From: an uncultured Acidobacteriota bacterium
GTDB taxonomy: Bacteria; Acidobacteriota; Thermoanaerobaculia; Multivoradales; UBA5704
DNA length: 64,000 nt
Assembly: GCA_963700145.1 (NCBI GenBank)
Contig: OY969474.1
Span: forward strand, 352,001 to 416,000
Direction of reading: 5' to 3'
How positions within the stretch are numbered: position 1 is the stretch's first letter; every line of letters begins with the position of its first letter. The position numbers and the translations under genes were made by a program. The notes under the pieces were generated by a model. It searched no databases. It saw only the letters and a list, made by a program, of their open reading frames with translations, and was not told the DNA's origin. This document shows positions 37,414 through 46,180 of this stretch, in pieces.

Positions 37414-39654
37414 TTGAGCCCCCCTCCCTGGCGCCTCTGGGTCGACACCGGCGGCACCTTCACCGACTGCGTCGCCGTCGATCCCGCGGGGCGCACGCAC
37501 CGGCTCAAGGTGCTGTCGTCGAGCGCGCTGCGCGGGCGGCTGGAAGAGCAGGTGGGAGAGAACGCCTGGCGGATCCAGGCCGCGTGGGCCGCAGGCGCGC
37601 CCGCGGACCTGTTCCGGGGCTACGGCTTCCGGCTGCTCGGAGGCAGCGCGGCCGTCTCCGTCCGCAGCTCCTTTCCCGACGGGCCGTCCCTGCACCTCGA
37701 CGAAAGCGCCGTCTCCTCCTTACCCGAGATTCCCTCTCCCAAAGCAGCCTTCGAGCTCCTGTCTCCCGAGGAGGCGCCGGTCCTCGCCGCCCGCCTCCTC
37801 ACCGGCACGCCGCTCGACCGCCCGCTGCCGCCGATCGCCATGCGCCTGGCGACGACCCGCGGCACCAACGCCCTGCTGGAGCGGAAGGGTGCGAAGACCG
37901 CGCTCTTCGTCACCCGCGGCTTCGCCGACCTGCTGGAGATCGGCACCCAGCAGCGCCCGGACCTCTTCGCGCTCGACATCCGCAAGCCGCCGCCGCTGCA
38001 CGCCGCGGCCGTCGAGGTCCCCGAGCGGCTGGCGGCGGACGGCACCGTGCTGGTGCACCTCGACCTCGCGGCGCTGGAGGAGGAGGCCGCGCGCCTGCTT
38101 GCCGACGGCTTCGAGGCGGCGGCAGTGGCGCTCCTGCACTCCTACCGCGCGCCGCGGCACGAAGAGGCGCTCGCCGGCTGGCTCGCGGCGCGTGGCTTCC
38201 GCCACGTCGCGCGCTCGGCGGCGCTGGCGCCGCGCATCCAGCTCCTGCCGCGCGCCACGACCGCGGTCGTGGACGCCTACCTGGCGCCGGCGATCGGCGA
38301 ATACCTCGAGCGGGTGGCGGCGGCGCTCCCCGGCGGCACGCTCCACGTCCTGACCAGCGCCGGCGCGCTCGCCGGCACCGCCACGTTCCGGCCGAAGGAC
38401 AGCCTGCTCTCCGGGCCGGCCGGCGGGGTGGTGGGCGCGGCACTCGCCGGCCGCCGCTCCGACCTCGGGCACGTCATCGCCTTCGACGTCGGCGGCACCT
38501 CCACCGACGTGGCGCGCTGGGACGGCGCCTTCGAGGTCGTCTTCGAGCACCGCGTCGGCGACGCCTGGCTGGTGGCGCCGGCCCTGGCGATCGAGAGCGT
38601 CGCCGCCGGCGGCGGCTCGATCTGCCGCTTCGACGGCACGCAGCTCAAGGTCGGGCCGGAGAGCGCCGGCGCCGCGCCGGGGCCGGCCTGCTACGGCGCC
38701 GGCGGGCCGCTCACGCTGACCGACGTTAACCTCCTGCTCGGCCGCCTCGACCCGCGCCGCTTCGGCATCCCGCTCGTCGTCGAGGCGGCGGAGCGGGCGT
38801 TCGCGGCGCTGGGGGAGGAGGTGAAGTGGGCGCAGGGCGAGGCACCGCCGCGCGAAGCGCTCCTCGCCGGGCTCGTCGCCATCGCCGACGAGCGCACCGC
38901 CGACGCCATCCGCACGATCTCGGTGCGGCGCGGCATCGACCCGGCCGACTACGCGCTGGTCGCCTTCGGCGGCGCCGGCGGCCAGCACGCCTGCGCAGTG
39001 GCGGAGCTGCTGGGGATCGGCACAGTCCTGGTGCCGGCCGACGCCGGCCTGCTCTCGGCGCTGGGGCTCGGCGCCGCGGCGGTCGAGCGCTTCGCGCAGC
39101 GGCAGGTGCTGGAGCTGCTGGCGGCGGCGGCGGAGCGCTTGCCGGCGCTCCTCGCCGAGCTGGAGGAGGAGGCGCGGGCGGCGGTCGCCGCCGAAGGTGT
39201 GGCACGCGAGGAGATCGCGGTGACCCGGCGCCTTCTCCACCTCCGCTTCCTCGGGCAGGACGCCACCGTGGCGGTGGAGCACGACCCGGCGGTGCCGGTG
39301 GAGGAGGCCTTCGCCGCCGCCTACCGCGCCCTCTTCGGCTATGCGCCGGAAGGGCGGGGCGTGGAGCTGGAGTCGGTTCACGTCGCGGCGGCCTCGCGGC
39401 TCGCCGAGCCCGAGCCGCCGTTGCCGGAGCCGCCGCCTTGCGAGGCGCCGGCGCCCGCCACTCGCCGCGCGTGGTTCGACGGCTGGCGCCAGGTCCCGGC
39501 CCACGACCGCGAAGCCCTCGCCCCCGCCGCCTGTTTCGCCGGCCCGGCGCTGGTTTTCGAGGCCCACGCCACGACGGTCGTGCCCGCCGGCTGGTCGGCC
39601 CGGATCGACGGCGCGGGCGGGCTTCTCATCGCGCGCCGGCCGCAGGACTCATAA
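37414..39654 (+). CDS. Hydantoinase A / 5-oxoprolinase ATP-binding (N-terminal) part
   Basis: DTGGTFTD, TTRGTNALLE, SGPAGG, DVGGTSTD, GPESAGA.PGPACY and FGGAGGQHA motifs. Confidence 0.9.
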   Translation: MSPPPWRLWVDTGGTFTDCVAVDPAGRTHRLKVLSSSALRGRLEEQVGENAWRIQAAWAAGAPADLFRGYGFRLLGGSAAVSVRSSFPDGPSLHLDESAVSSLPEIPSPKAAFELLSPEEAPVLAARLLTGTPLDRPLPPIAMRLATTRGTNALLERKGAKTALFVTRGFADLLEIGTQQRPDLFALDIRKPPPLHAAAVEVPERLAADGTVLVHLDLAALEEEAARLLADGFEAAAVALLHSYRAPRHEEALAGWLAARGFRHVARSAALAPRIQLLPRATTAVVDAYLAPAIGEYLERVAAALPGGTLHVLTSAGALAGTATFRPKDSLLSGPAGGVVGAALAGRRSDLGHVIAFDVGGTSTDVARWDGAFEVVFEHRVGDAWLVAPALAIESVAAGGGSICRFDGTQLKVGPESAGAAPGPACYGAGGPLTLTDVNLLLGRLDPRRFGIPLVVEAAERAFAALGEEVKWAQGEAPPREALLAGLVAIADERTADAIRTISVRRGIDPADYALVAFGGAGGQHACAVAELLGIGTVLVPADAGLLSALGLGAAAVERFAQRQVLELLAAAAERLPALLAELEEEARAAVAAEGVAREEIAVTRRLLHLRFLGQDATVAVEHDPAVPVEEAFAAAYRALFGYAPEGRGVELESVHVAAASRLAEPEPPLPEPPPCEAPAPATRRAWFDGWRQVPAHDREALAPAACFAGPALVFEAHATTVVPAGWSARIDGAGGLLIARRPQDS

Positions 39655-39670
39655 TGATCGCTCGCCCGCG

Positions 39671-40843
39671 ATGACCACCGAGTTCCCCTCTGTCGCCGAG
39701 ATCGAGCGCATCCTCGCCTTGCCCGATCTCGTGCTGCGCAACCTTCACATCACCCACGCCTACCATCGCCTCGCGACGTCGCTCGCCGCGCTGCTCGGCC
39801 CGTCGGTCAACTGGTGCGGCTTCGCCACGTGGGCCTCGAAGCAGGCCGGGCGGACGATCCGGCGGGAGGACCTGCCCGACCTCCTCGATCGCAAGCTCGA
39901 CGAGGCGCTCGACGGCTCCCCGGCGCTCGGCGACCTGGTGCGGGCCGCCGCGCGCTTCAAGTCGCACCTCGACCCGCTCGGGGTCCGCGCCGCCCTGAAA
40001 GAGGCGCTGCTCGCCAAGCCGGTCTTCGACCGCACGAGCGCCGCCGTCTCGCGCGGCAACTTCCTCGTCTTCGCGGAGATCGGGCGCGAGTTCTCGCGCT
40101 TCCTCGCCGCCTTCGCGGCGGACACCGCGCTGGACGAGGCGAAGCTCGCGCGCTTCGTCGAGGCCCTGCGCCCGGGCGATCCGCCGGACGGCCAGGGCTC
40201 CCTCCGCCGGGCCTTCACCCACTTCGCACGGGCGCGCTTCGAGGCGGACCCCAAGGCCCGCGCCGAGCGCATCCTCCGCGCCAACCTGGAGATCGGCTTC
40301 CACGAGCAGACGCGCCTGCAGCCCGCGATCGCGGACGCGCTCGAAGCGGCGCTCCCCGACCGCGAGGAGCTGCGGCGCCACCTGCTGCGGGCACTCTTCC
40401 CGAGGGCCAGCATGTTCTTCCGCATGCGCCTGCGCCTGCCGCGTCTGCTGCGCCGCATGACCCGCCTCGACCGCGCCTTCGACGACCTCTTCGCGGAGCT
40501 GCGCGGCGCCGTGCGGCGCGCCGTGACCGAGACGCTGTTGCGCCAGGAGCACCCGGGCGGCGTCGCGCTCCGCCTCGGGCGCGACCTCCAGCGCCCCTTC
40601 CCGGCCGCGCTCGCGACCCTCGCCGACCCCGAGCTCCGGGACCTCGTCGCGCGCCTCGACCCCACGCCGCAGAGCCTCGCCGGCTCCGGCGCCGAGGACT
40701 GGGCGGTCTTCGCCGACCGCATCCACTTCATCGCCGACTACTTCCGGAGCTTCCAGGAGGAAGCCTCGCTCCTCGGCCCGCCGTTCACCGGCGAGCAGGT
40801 GGCGGAGCTCCTCGCCGGCCGGCGCCCGTCCGGCCGGCTGTGA
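39671..40843 (+). CDS. Conserved hypothetical protein
   Basis: Strong codon bias; motifs NWCGFATWASKQAG and GFHEQTRLQP. Confidence 0.65.
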   Translation: MTTEFPSVAEIERILALPDLVLRNLHITHAYHRLATSLAALLGPSVNWCGFATWASKQAGRTIRREDLPDLLDRKLDEALDGSPALGDLVRAAARFKSHLDPLGVRAALKEALLAKPVFDRTSAAVSRGNFLVFAEIGREFSRFLAAFAADTALDEAKLARFVEALRPGDPPDGQGSLRRAFTHFARARFEADPKARAERILRANLEIGFHEQTRLQPAIADALEAALPDREELRRHLLRALFPRASMFFRMRLRLPRLLRRMTRLDRAFDDLFAELRGAVRRAVTETLLRQEHPGGVALRLGRDLQRPFPAALATLADPELRDLVARLDPTPQSLAGSGAEDWAVFADRIHFIADYFRSFQEEASLLGPPFTGEQVAELLAGRRPSGRL

Positions 40844-40862
40844 CCCGGGTCCTCCGGGGGTC

Positions 40863-41978
40863 TCAGAGCGAGCGGAGGAACGCGGCGACGTCCGCCGCGA
40901 AGAGATCCGGCGCCTCGAGCGCCGCGAAGTGACCGCCGCGCGGCATCTCGGTCCAGCGGCGGACGTCGTAGGCGCGCTCCACCCAGCGCCGCGGCGGGAA
41001 GGGGGCCTCGAGCGGGAAGCGGGCGACGGCGCACGGGACGGCGAGGCGCTCGCCGGCGGCGAAGCGGAGGGGCGTGCGCACCGACTCCAGGTAGAGGCGC
41101 ATCGAGGAATGGATCGTGTTGGTCACCCAGTAGAGAGTGACGTTGGTCAGCAGCTCGTCGAGCGGCAGGTCGCTGGCCGGGTCCGCCCACTCGCGGAACT
41201 TCTCGACGATCCAGGCGGCGAGGCCGGCAGGCGAGTCGGCGAGCCCGTAGGCGAGGGTGAGCGGGCGCGTGCGCTGCACGTGGCCGTAGGCGCCGTCCTC
41301 GGCGCTCCACGTCTCGGCGTCGCGGAGGAACGCCTCCTCCTCGGGCGCCAGGTCGCCCTCGACGTGCGGCGCGAAGGAGCCCGGGATGTAGTTGAGGTGC
41401 ATGCCGAGCAGGCGCGCCGGGTGCTTCCGCGCCAGCCAGGTCGCGATGCCCGCCCCCCAGTCGCCCCCCTGAACGGCGAAGCGCTCGTAGCCGAGCGTCG
41501 CCATCAGCTCGGCATGAAGGTCGGCCATGCGCTCGTTCGACATGCCGGGCGCAGTGGGCGGGTCCGAGAAGCCGTACCCCGGCAGCGACGGCACGACGAC
41601 GTGGAATTCCCGGAGCAGCGGCAGGACGCCGAGGAACTCGACGAAGGAACCCGGCCAGCCGTGGAGCAGGAGGAGCGGTACGGCGTCGCCCTGCGCCGCA
41701 CGCTCGTGGATGAAATGGAGCCGCAGGTCACCGACGCGGGCGCGGAAGTGATGGAAGGAGTTGAGCCGCCGCTCCTGCCCACGCCAGTCGAACGTGTCGC
41801 GCCAGTACCCGACGAGCGCCGCCACGTCGTCGAGCGGCAGCCCGCCCTGGTCGGTCACCCCCGCCGGCCACCGCGTCGCGCCGAGTCGCCAAGGCAAGTC
41901 GTCCAGCGCCTCCTCGGCGACGGCGATCTTGAAGGGCTCGATCACTCGCGTCGCCTTCTTCGCCGCGCGCAGAGCCAT
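40863..41978 (-). CDS. Epoxide hydrolase (alpha/beta fold with EHN domain)
   Basis: HGWPGS, SLPGYGFS, GGDWG, DSPAGLAAW and GGHFAALE motifs. Confidence 0.92.
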   Translation of the reverse strand: MALRAAKKATRVIEPFKIAVAEEALDDLPWRLGATRWPAGVTDQGGLPLDDVAALVGYWRDTFDWRGQERRLNSFHHFRARVGDLRLHFIHERAAQGDAVPLLLLHGWPGSFVEFLGVLPLLREFHVVVPSLPGYGFSDPPTAPGMSNERMADLHAELMATLGYERFAVQGGDWGAGIATWLARKHPARLLGMHLNYIPGSFAPHVEGDLAPEEEAFLRDAETWSAEDGAYGHVQRTRPLTLAYGLADSPAGLAAWIVEKFREWADPASDLPLDELLTNVTLYWVTNTIHSSMRLYLESVRTPLRFAAGERLAVPCAVARFPLEAPFPPRRWVERAYDVRRWTEMPRGGHFAALEAPDLFAADVAAFLRSL

Positions 41979-42520
41979 TCGGCCGCCAGTCCGGCGGCGG
42001 CGCCGCCGAAATCGGCCTCGACCGTCATTCCTCCATCCAGGACCGGTCCGGTCAAGTACTCCCCGAAGAGCTTGAGGGTTAGCAGGATGAGGAGTGCGAG
42101 CCCCGCCTCGGTGCTGCCGCGCCGCATCTCGGCGAGGCCCGCCGCTGCGAAGAGGCCATGGAGGACGCCCGAGAATCCGGCCGCGATGGGGGCCTCGGGG
42201 CTCGCTGCGAGGAGACCCATGCCGGCGGCGACGGCCGCCGCGGCGGTGACGGCGAGCCAGTCCGTCGCCGCCAGGCGCCGCCCGAACCCGAGCGCCACGA
42301 GCCCCAGGCCCGCCAGGCTCCAGAGCAGGTGCCGCGCCTCCAGGTGGACGAGCTGCCCGGTGACCAGACGCCAGATTTCTCCGTCGCGGACCATCGGTCG
42401 CAGGTAGAAGAGCTTCGCAGTCCAGTCGCCCGGCAGGAACCAGAGCGCGGCGAGGAGGAGGGCGAGGGCGGCGAAGAAGAGGCGACCCGAGGGCGGCACC
42501 GGCTGGACGGCGGCGGCCAC
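41942..42520 (-). CDS. Rhombosortase-like rhomboid membrane protein, catalytic His apparently replaced by Asp
   Basis: WRLVTGQLVH and GFSGVLHGLF; 'EADFGG' where 'xAHxxG' is expected. Confidence 0.7.
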   Translation of the reverse strand: MAAAVQPVPPSGRLFFAALALLLAALWFLPGDWTAKLFYLRPMVRDGEIWRLVTGQLVHLEARHLLWSLAGLGLVALGFGRRLAATDWLAVTAAAAVAAGMGLLAASPEAPIAAGFSGVLHGLFAAAGLAEMRRGSTEAGLALLILLTLKLFGEYLTGPVLDGGMTVEADFGGAAAGLAAEWLCARRRRRRE

Positions 42521-42533
42521 GGCGGCTGTATCT

Positions 42534-42812
42534 CTATTCGGATCCCTCGCGAAGGTCCAATTCCTGCCGGACTTGATCGAGTGTGTACACGCCCGGCTCC
42601 CGCGAGCGCTGCGCGAGGAGGTCCCGCAGGGTCGCATTCTGGCGGATCAGGGCGACTTCGTCGGCGAAGTCATCTTCGGCCTCGGCCCCTTTGATCTCAA
42701 CGACGGCGAAGGTCTTGCCGTCTGCGCTACGGAGAACGAGATCGTGCTGTTCGGCGAGTCGGAGGACCTCGTCGATGGTTGTCGAGCCCGCGGCGACGTC
42801 GATCGTCTTCAT
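42534..42812 (-). CDS. Putative antitoxin downstream of a RelE-like fragment
   Basis: 92 aa; ATGA-coupled to the RelE fragment; 'DFADEVALIRQN..L' and 'TLDQVRQEL' typical of such partners. Confidence 0.6.
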   Translation of the reverse strand: MKTIDVAAGSTTIDEVLRLAEQHDLVLRSADGKTFAVVEIKGAEAEDDFADEVALIRQNATLRDLLAQRSREPGVYTLDQVRQELDLREGSE

Positions 42813-42964
42813 AGGGTGAACTCCTTCCCGCGCAGGTGGAGTACGTTGTGCTCCTTGTAGCCGACCGCCTTGACCTTGACTTGGCTCGCGGCAGGGTCGA
42901 CGTCGTAAAAGACGCGATACACGCCGATCCTCAGCTCCCACTCTGCAAGAGTGTTGGGCTCCAT
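42809..42964 (-). pseudogene. N-terminally truncated RelE/ParE-family toxin (51 aa; absent from the ORF track)
   Basis: MEPNTLAEWELRIGVYRVFYDVDPAASQVKVKAVGYKEHNVLHLRGKEFTL* matches the C-terminal half of RelE (ELRxGxYRVxY). Confidence 0.7.
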
Positions 42965-42990
42965 AGCATACTCAGGTTTCAGAGCCGCAA

Positions 42991-44568
42991 ATGACCGCCA
43001 CTTCCTCCCCGCCCGACGCCGTCCAGCTCGAGCTCTTCACCAACCGCTTCGCGGCGGTGGCGCGGGAGATGGGGGAACGACTGCAGCGCACCGCGGTCTC
43101 GACCAACGTCAAGGAGCGGCTGGACTTTTCCTGCGCGCTGCTCGACCCGGACGGGCGGCTGGTGGTCAACGCGCCGCACATCCCGGTGCACCTCGGGGCG
43201 CTCGGGCTCTGCGTGCGGCGGGTGCGCGAGACGCTGCCGCTCGGGCCGGGCGACGTCGCGGTCACCAACCACCCGGCCTACGGCGGCTCCCACCTGCCCG
43301 ACGTGACGCTTGTGACGCCGGTCTTCCTGCCGGCGGACGGCTCGCTCCTGGGCTACGTCGCGAGCCGCGCCCACCACGCCGAGATCGGCGGCAGCCGCCC
43401 CGGCTCGATGCCGCCGGACGCGCGCTGCCTGGCGGAGGAGGGGGTGGTCATCCCGCCGGTCCACCTGGTGCGCGCCGGCGAGCCGCGCTGGGAGGCGATG
43501 CGGCGGCACCTCCTGGCGCCGCCTTTCCCGTCGCGCGCCGTCGAGGAGAACCTCGCCGACCTGCGTGCCGCCCTCGCCGCCAACCGGCGCGGCGCCGAGG
43601 CGCTCCTGGCGCTCGCCCGCGAGCACGGCGCGGCGACTCTCCGCCGCTTCATGGCGGCACTGGAGGAGCGGGCGGCGGAGCGAGTGCGCGCGGCGCTCGC
43701 CGGGCTGCCGCGCGGCGTGCTCGAAGCCGACGAGCGGCTCGACGACGGCTCGCCGATCCGGGTGCGGATCGCGCTCGGCGATCGCACGGCGGGCACCGCG
43801 GTGATCGACCTCGCCGGCTCGGCCGGCGTCCATCCGGGGAACCTGAACGCGCCGCCGGCGGTCGTGCGCAGCGCCGTCCTCTACGTCCTGCGCTTGCTGA
43901 TCGACGAGCCGCTGCCGCTCAACGAGGGGCTGCTGGCGCCGGTCGAGCTGCGGGCGCCGCGCGGCATCTTCGATCCGCCGTTCCCCGACGACCCCTGGCG
44001 CGCGCCGGCGGTCGTCGGCGGCAACGTCGAGACCAGCCAGCGGCTGGTGGACACGCTGCTCAAGGCGCTGGGGCTCGCCGCCTGCAGCCAGGGGACGATG
44101 AACAACGTCCTCTTCGGCGGCGAGCGCTTCGGCTACTACGAGACGGTCTGCGGCGGCGCCGGCGCCGGCCCGGGGTTCGCCGGCGCCGCGGCGGTCCACA
44201 CCCACATGACGAACACCCGGATCACCGACCCGGAGCTCCTCGAGCATCGCTACCCGGTGCGCGTCGAGCGCTTCGCCGTGCGCCGCGGCTCGGGCGGTGC
44301 CGGCCGCTACGCCGGCGGCGACGGCGCGGTGCGAGAGATCACGTTCCTGGCGCCGATGTCCCTGTCGCTCCTGACCCAGCACCGGGTGGAGCGCCCCTAC
44401 GGCGCCGCCGGCGGCGAGCCGGGAGCCCCCGGGCGCCAGCAGTTGATCCGCGCCTCCGGAGAGATCGAGGAGCTGGCCTCGGTCGATGCCCGGGAGGTCC
44501 TGCCGGGAGACCGGCTGGTGCTGGAAACCCCGGGCGGAGGCGGTTGGGGGAACGCCGCCGGAATTTAG
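42991..44568 (+). CDS. Hydantoinase B / 5-oxoprolinase C-terminal part
   Basis: [40 protein letters not shown] and [11 protein letters not shown] motifs. Confidence 0.92.
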   Translation: MTATSSPPDAVQLELFTNRFAAVAREMGERLQRTAVSTNVKERLDFSCALLDPDGRLVVNAPHIPVHLGALGLCVRRVRETLPLGPGDVAVTNHPAYGGSHLPDVTLVTPVFLPADGSLLGYVASRAHHAEIGGSRPGSMPPDARCLAEEGVVIPPVHLVRAGEPRWEAMRRHLLAPPFPSRAVEENLADLRAALAANRRGAEALLALAREHGAATLRRFMAALEERAAERVRAALAGLPRGVLEADERLDDGSPIRVRIALGDRTAGTAVIDLAGSAGVHPGNLNAPPAVVRSAVLYVLRLLIDEPLPLNEGLLAPVELRAPRGIFDPPFPDDPWRAPAVVGGNVETSQRLVDTLLKALGLAACSQGTMNNVLFGGERFGYYETVCGGAGAGPGFAGAAAVHTHMTNTRITDPELLEHRYPVRVERFAVRRGSGGAGRYAGGDGAVREITFLAPMSLSLLTQHRVERPYGAAGGEPGAPGRQQLIRASGEIEELASVDAREVLPGDRLVLETPGGGGWGNAAGI

Positions 44569-44581
44569 TAGAATATGAACA

Positions 44582-46159
44582 ATGTCCAGAACACGGGCCC
44601 TGTGGGCCCTGAGCATGGCGCTCCTCGCCGCTTTCGCCGGCGTGCCGGCCGGAGCGACGAGCTACGCCCCGGTGAGCGACGAGACGCTCGTCGCACAGGC
44701 GCCCGTGGCCGCCGTTCTCCGCGTCGAGGCGGTCGCGCCCGCCGCGGGTGAGGCAGCGACCGACTACCGCATGACCGTCGAGCGCGCGCTCAAAGGCCCT
44801 CTCCGGTCCACAGCCCTGACCGTGCGGGTTCCCGGCGGCGTCGATCCGGGTGGTCGAGTGCTCCGGATCTGGGGCGCACCGCGTTTCACACCGGGCGAGC
44901 GGGTCCTCCTCTTCCTCGCGCCGCGCGCCGACGGCCGCTACGACCTGGTCCACCTGATGCTGGGTGCCTTCTTCGAAGTGCGCGCCGGCGGACGGCGGCT
45001 CGCCCTCCGCGACCTCTCCGAGGCGCGGCGGGTGGAGCTGCCGGGGCGCCCGAGCACGGCCGAGCCGCAGCGGGACTTCGCCGGCTTCGCCGACTGGATC
45101 GCGCGGCGGGCGCGCGGCAGGGAGCCCGCCGGCGACTACCTCGTGTCGGCAGCCGGCGGTGCGAATCTGCGAGCCGCGGCCGAGCCGTACGCTTTCCTCA
45201 ACGGGCAGCATTTCCGCTGGTTCGAGTTCGACGCCAGCACCGCGGTCTCCTGGCGCGCGCACGAAGAGGGGCAGGAGGGGGTGGCGGGAGGCGGGTTCAC
45301 CGAGTTCCAGACGGCGCTGGCGGCGTGGAACGCCGACGCCGACACCAACGTCGATTACACCTACGCCGGCACGACGACCTCCGAGGCCGGGTTCGACGAT
45401 TTCGATGGGCTCAACACCATTCTTTTCAACCGCGACGTCGGCTACGGCTCATTCTCGTGCACCTTCGGGGGCGTCATAGCCATCGGCGGCCCCTGGTACG
45501 ACTCGGGTTTTGTTCGGGGCTACAAGGGGACCAGCTTCTTCCCGATCTTCGGCGCCGACATCATCACCAACGAAGGCCTTGCCTGCTTCTTCGCCGCCAG
45601 CCCGGACGGCGCCCAAGCCGCCGCGGAGGTGTTCGCGCACGAGCTGGGACACACGCTCGGGCTCGGCCACTCCGACCTAGCCGATGCCCTCATGTTCGCC
45701 TTCATCCATGACGACGGCCGCGGCGCCAGCCTGCACCCCGACGACCGGGCCGGCATCAAAGCGCTCTACGGCCCGAACCGCTACTCGTTCTACACGCTGC
45801 CGCCGTGCCGGCTGCTGGACACCCGCAACCCGACTGGACCTACCGGCGGCGGGCCGCTCCAGTCCGGCGAGACCTGGACCTTCCAGGCGGGCGGGGGCTG
45901 CGGCATCCCGAACAGCGCACGAGCTCTGTCTGCCAATGTCACCGCGGTCGGACCCTCGAGCGCCGGCTACCTCACCCTGTTTCCTACCGGTTCGCCGCCC
46001 GCGACGAGCGCGATCAACTTTGCCGCGGGGCAGACGCGCGCGAACAATCTGGTCCTGGTGCTCTCACTCGACAGTCCCGGCCTTTTCCGGATTACGCCGT
46101 CCCTGTCCGGAGCGGGCTCCGTCCACGTGCTGGTCGACGTCAACGGCTGGTTCGAGTAG
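44582..46159 (+). CDS. Secreted metzincin (matrixin-like) metalloprotease with a C-terminal 'PCRLLDTR' beta domain; paralog of 25528-27459
   Basis: Signal peptide; HELGHTLGLGHS and ALM; C-terminal 'PCRLLDTR...NVTAV...GYLTLFP...HVLVDVNGWF'. Confidence 0.85.
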   Translation: MSRTRALWALSMALLAAFAGVPAGATSYAPVSDETLVAQAPVAAVLRVEAVAPAAGEAATDYRMTVERALKGPLRSTALTVRVPGGVDPGGRVLRIWGAPRFTPGERVLLFLAPRADGRYDLVHLMLGAFFEVRAGGRRLALRDLSEARRVELPGRPSTAEPQRDFAGFADWIARRARGREPAGDYLVSAAGGANLRAAAEPYAFLNGQHFRWFEFDASTAVSWRAHEEGQEGVAGGGFTEFQTALAAWNADADTNVDYTYAGTTTSEAGFDDFDGLNTILFNRDVGYGSFSCTFGGVIAIGGPWYDSGFVRGYKGTSFFPIFGADIITNEGLACFFAASPDGAQAAAEVFAHELGHTLGLGHSDLADALMFAFIHDDGRGASLHPDDRAGIKALYGPNRYSFYTLPPCRLLDTRNPTGPTGGGPLQSGETWTFQAGGGCGIPNSARALSANVTAVGPSSAGYLTLFPTGSPPATSAINFAAGQTRANNLVLVLSLDSPGLFRITPSLSGAGSVHVLVDVNGWFE

Positions 46160-46180
46160 AGACGCGAACGCGCCCGGCCG

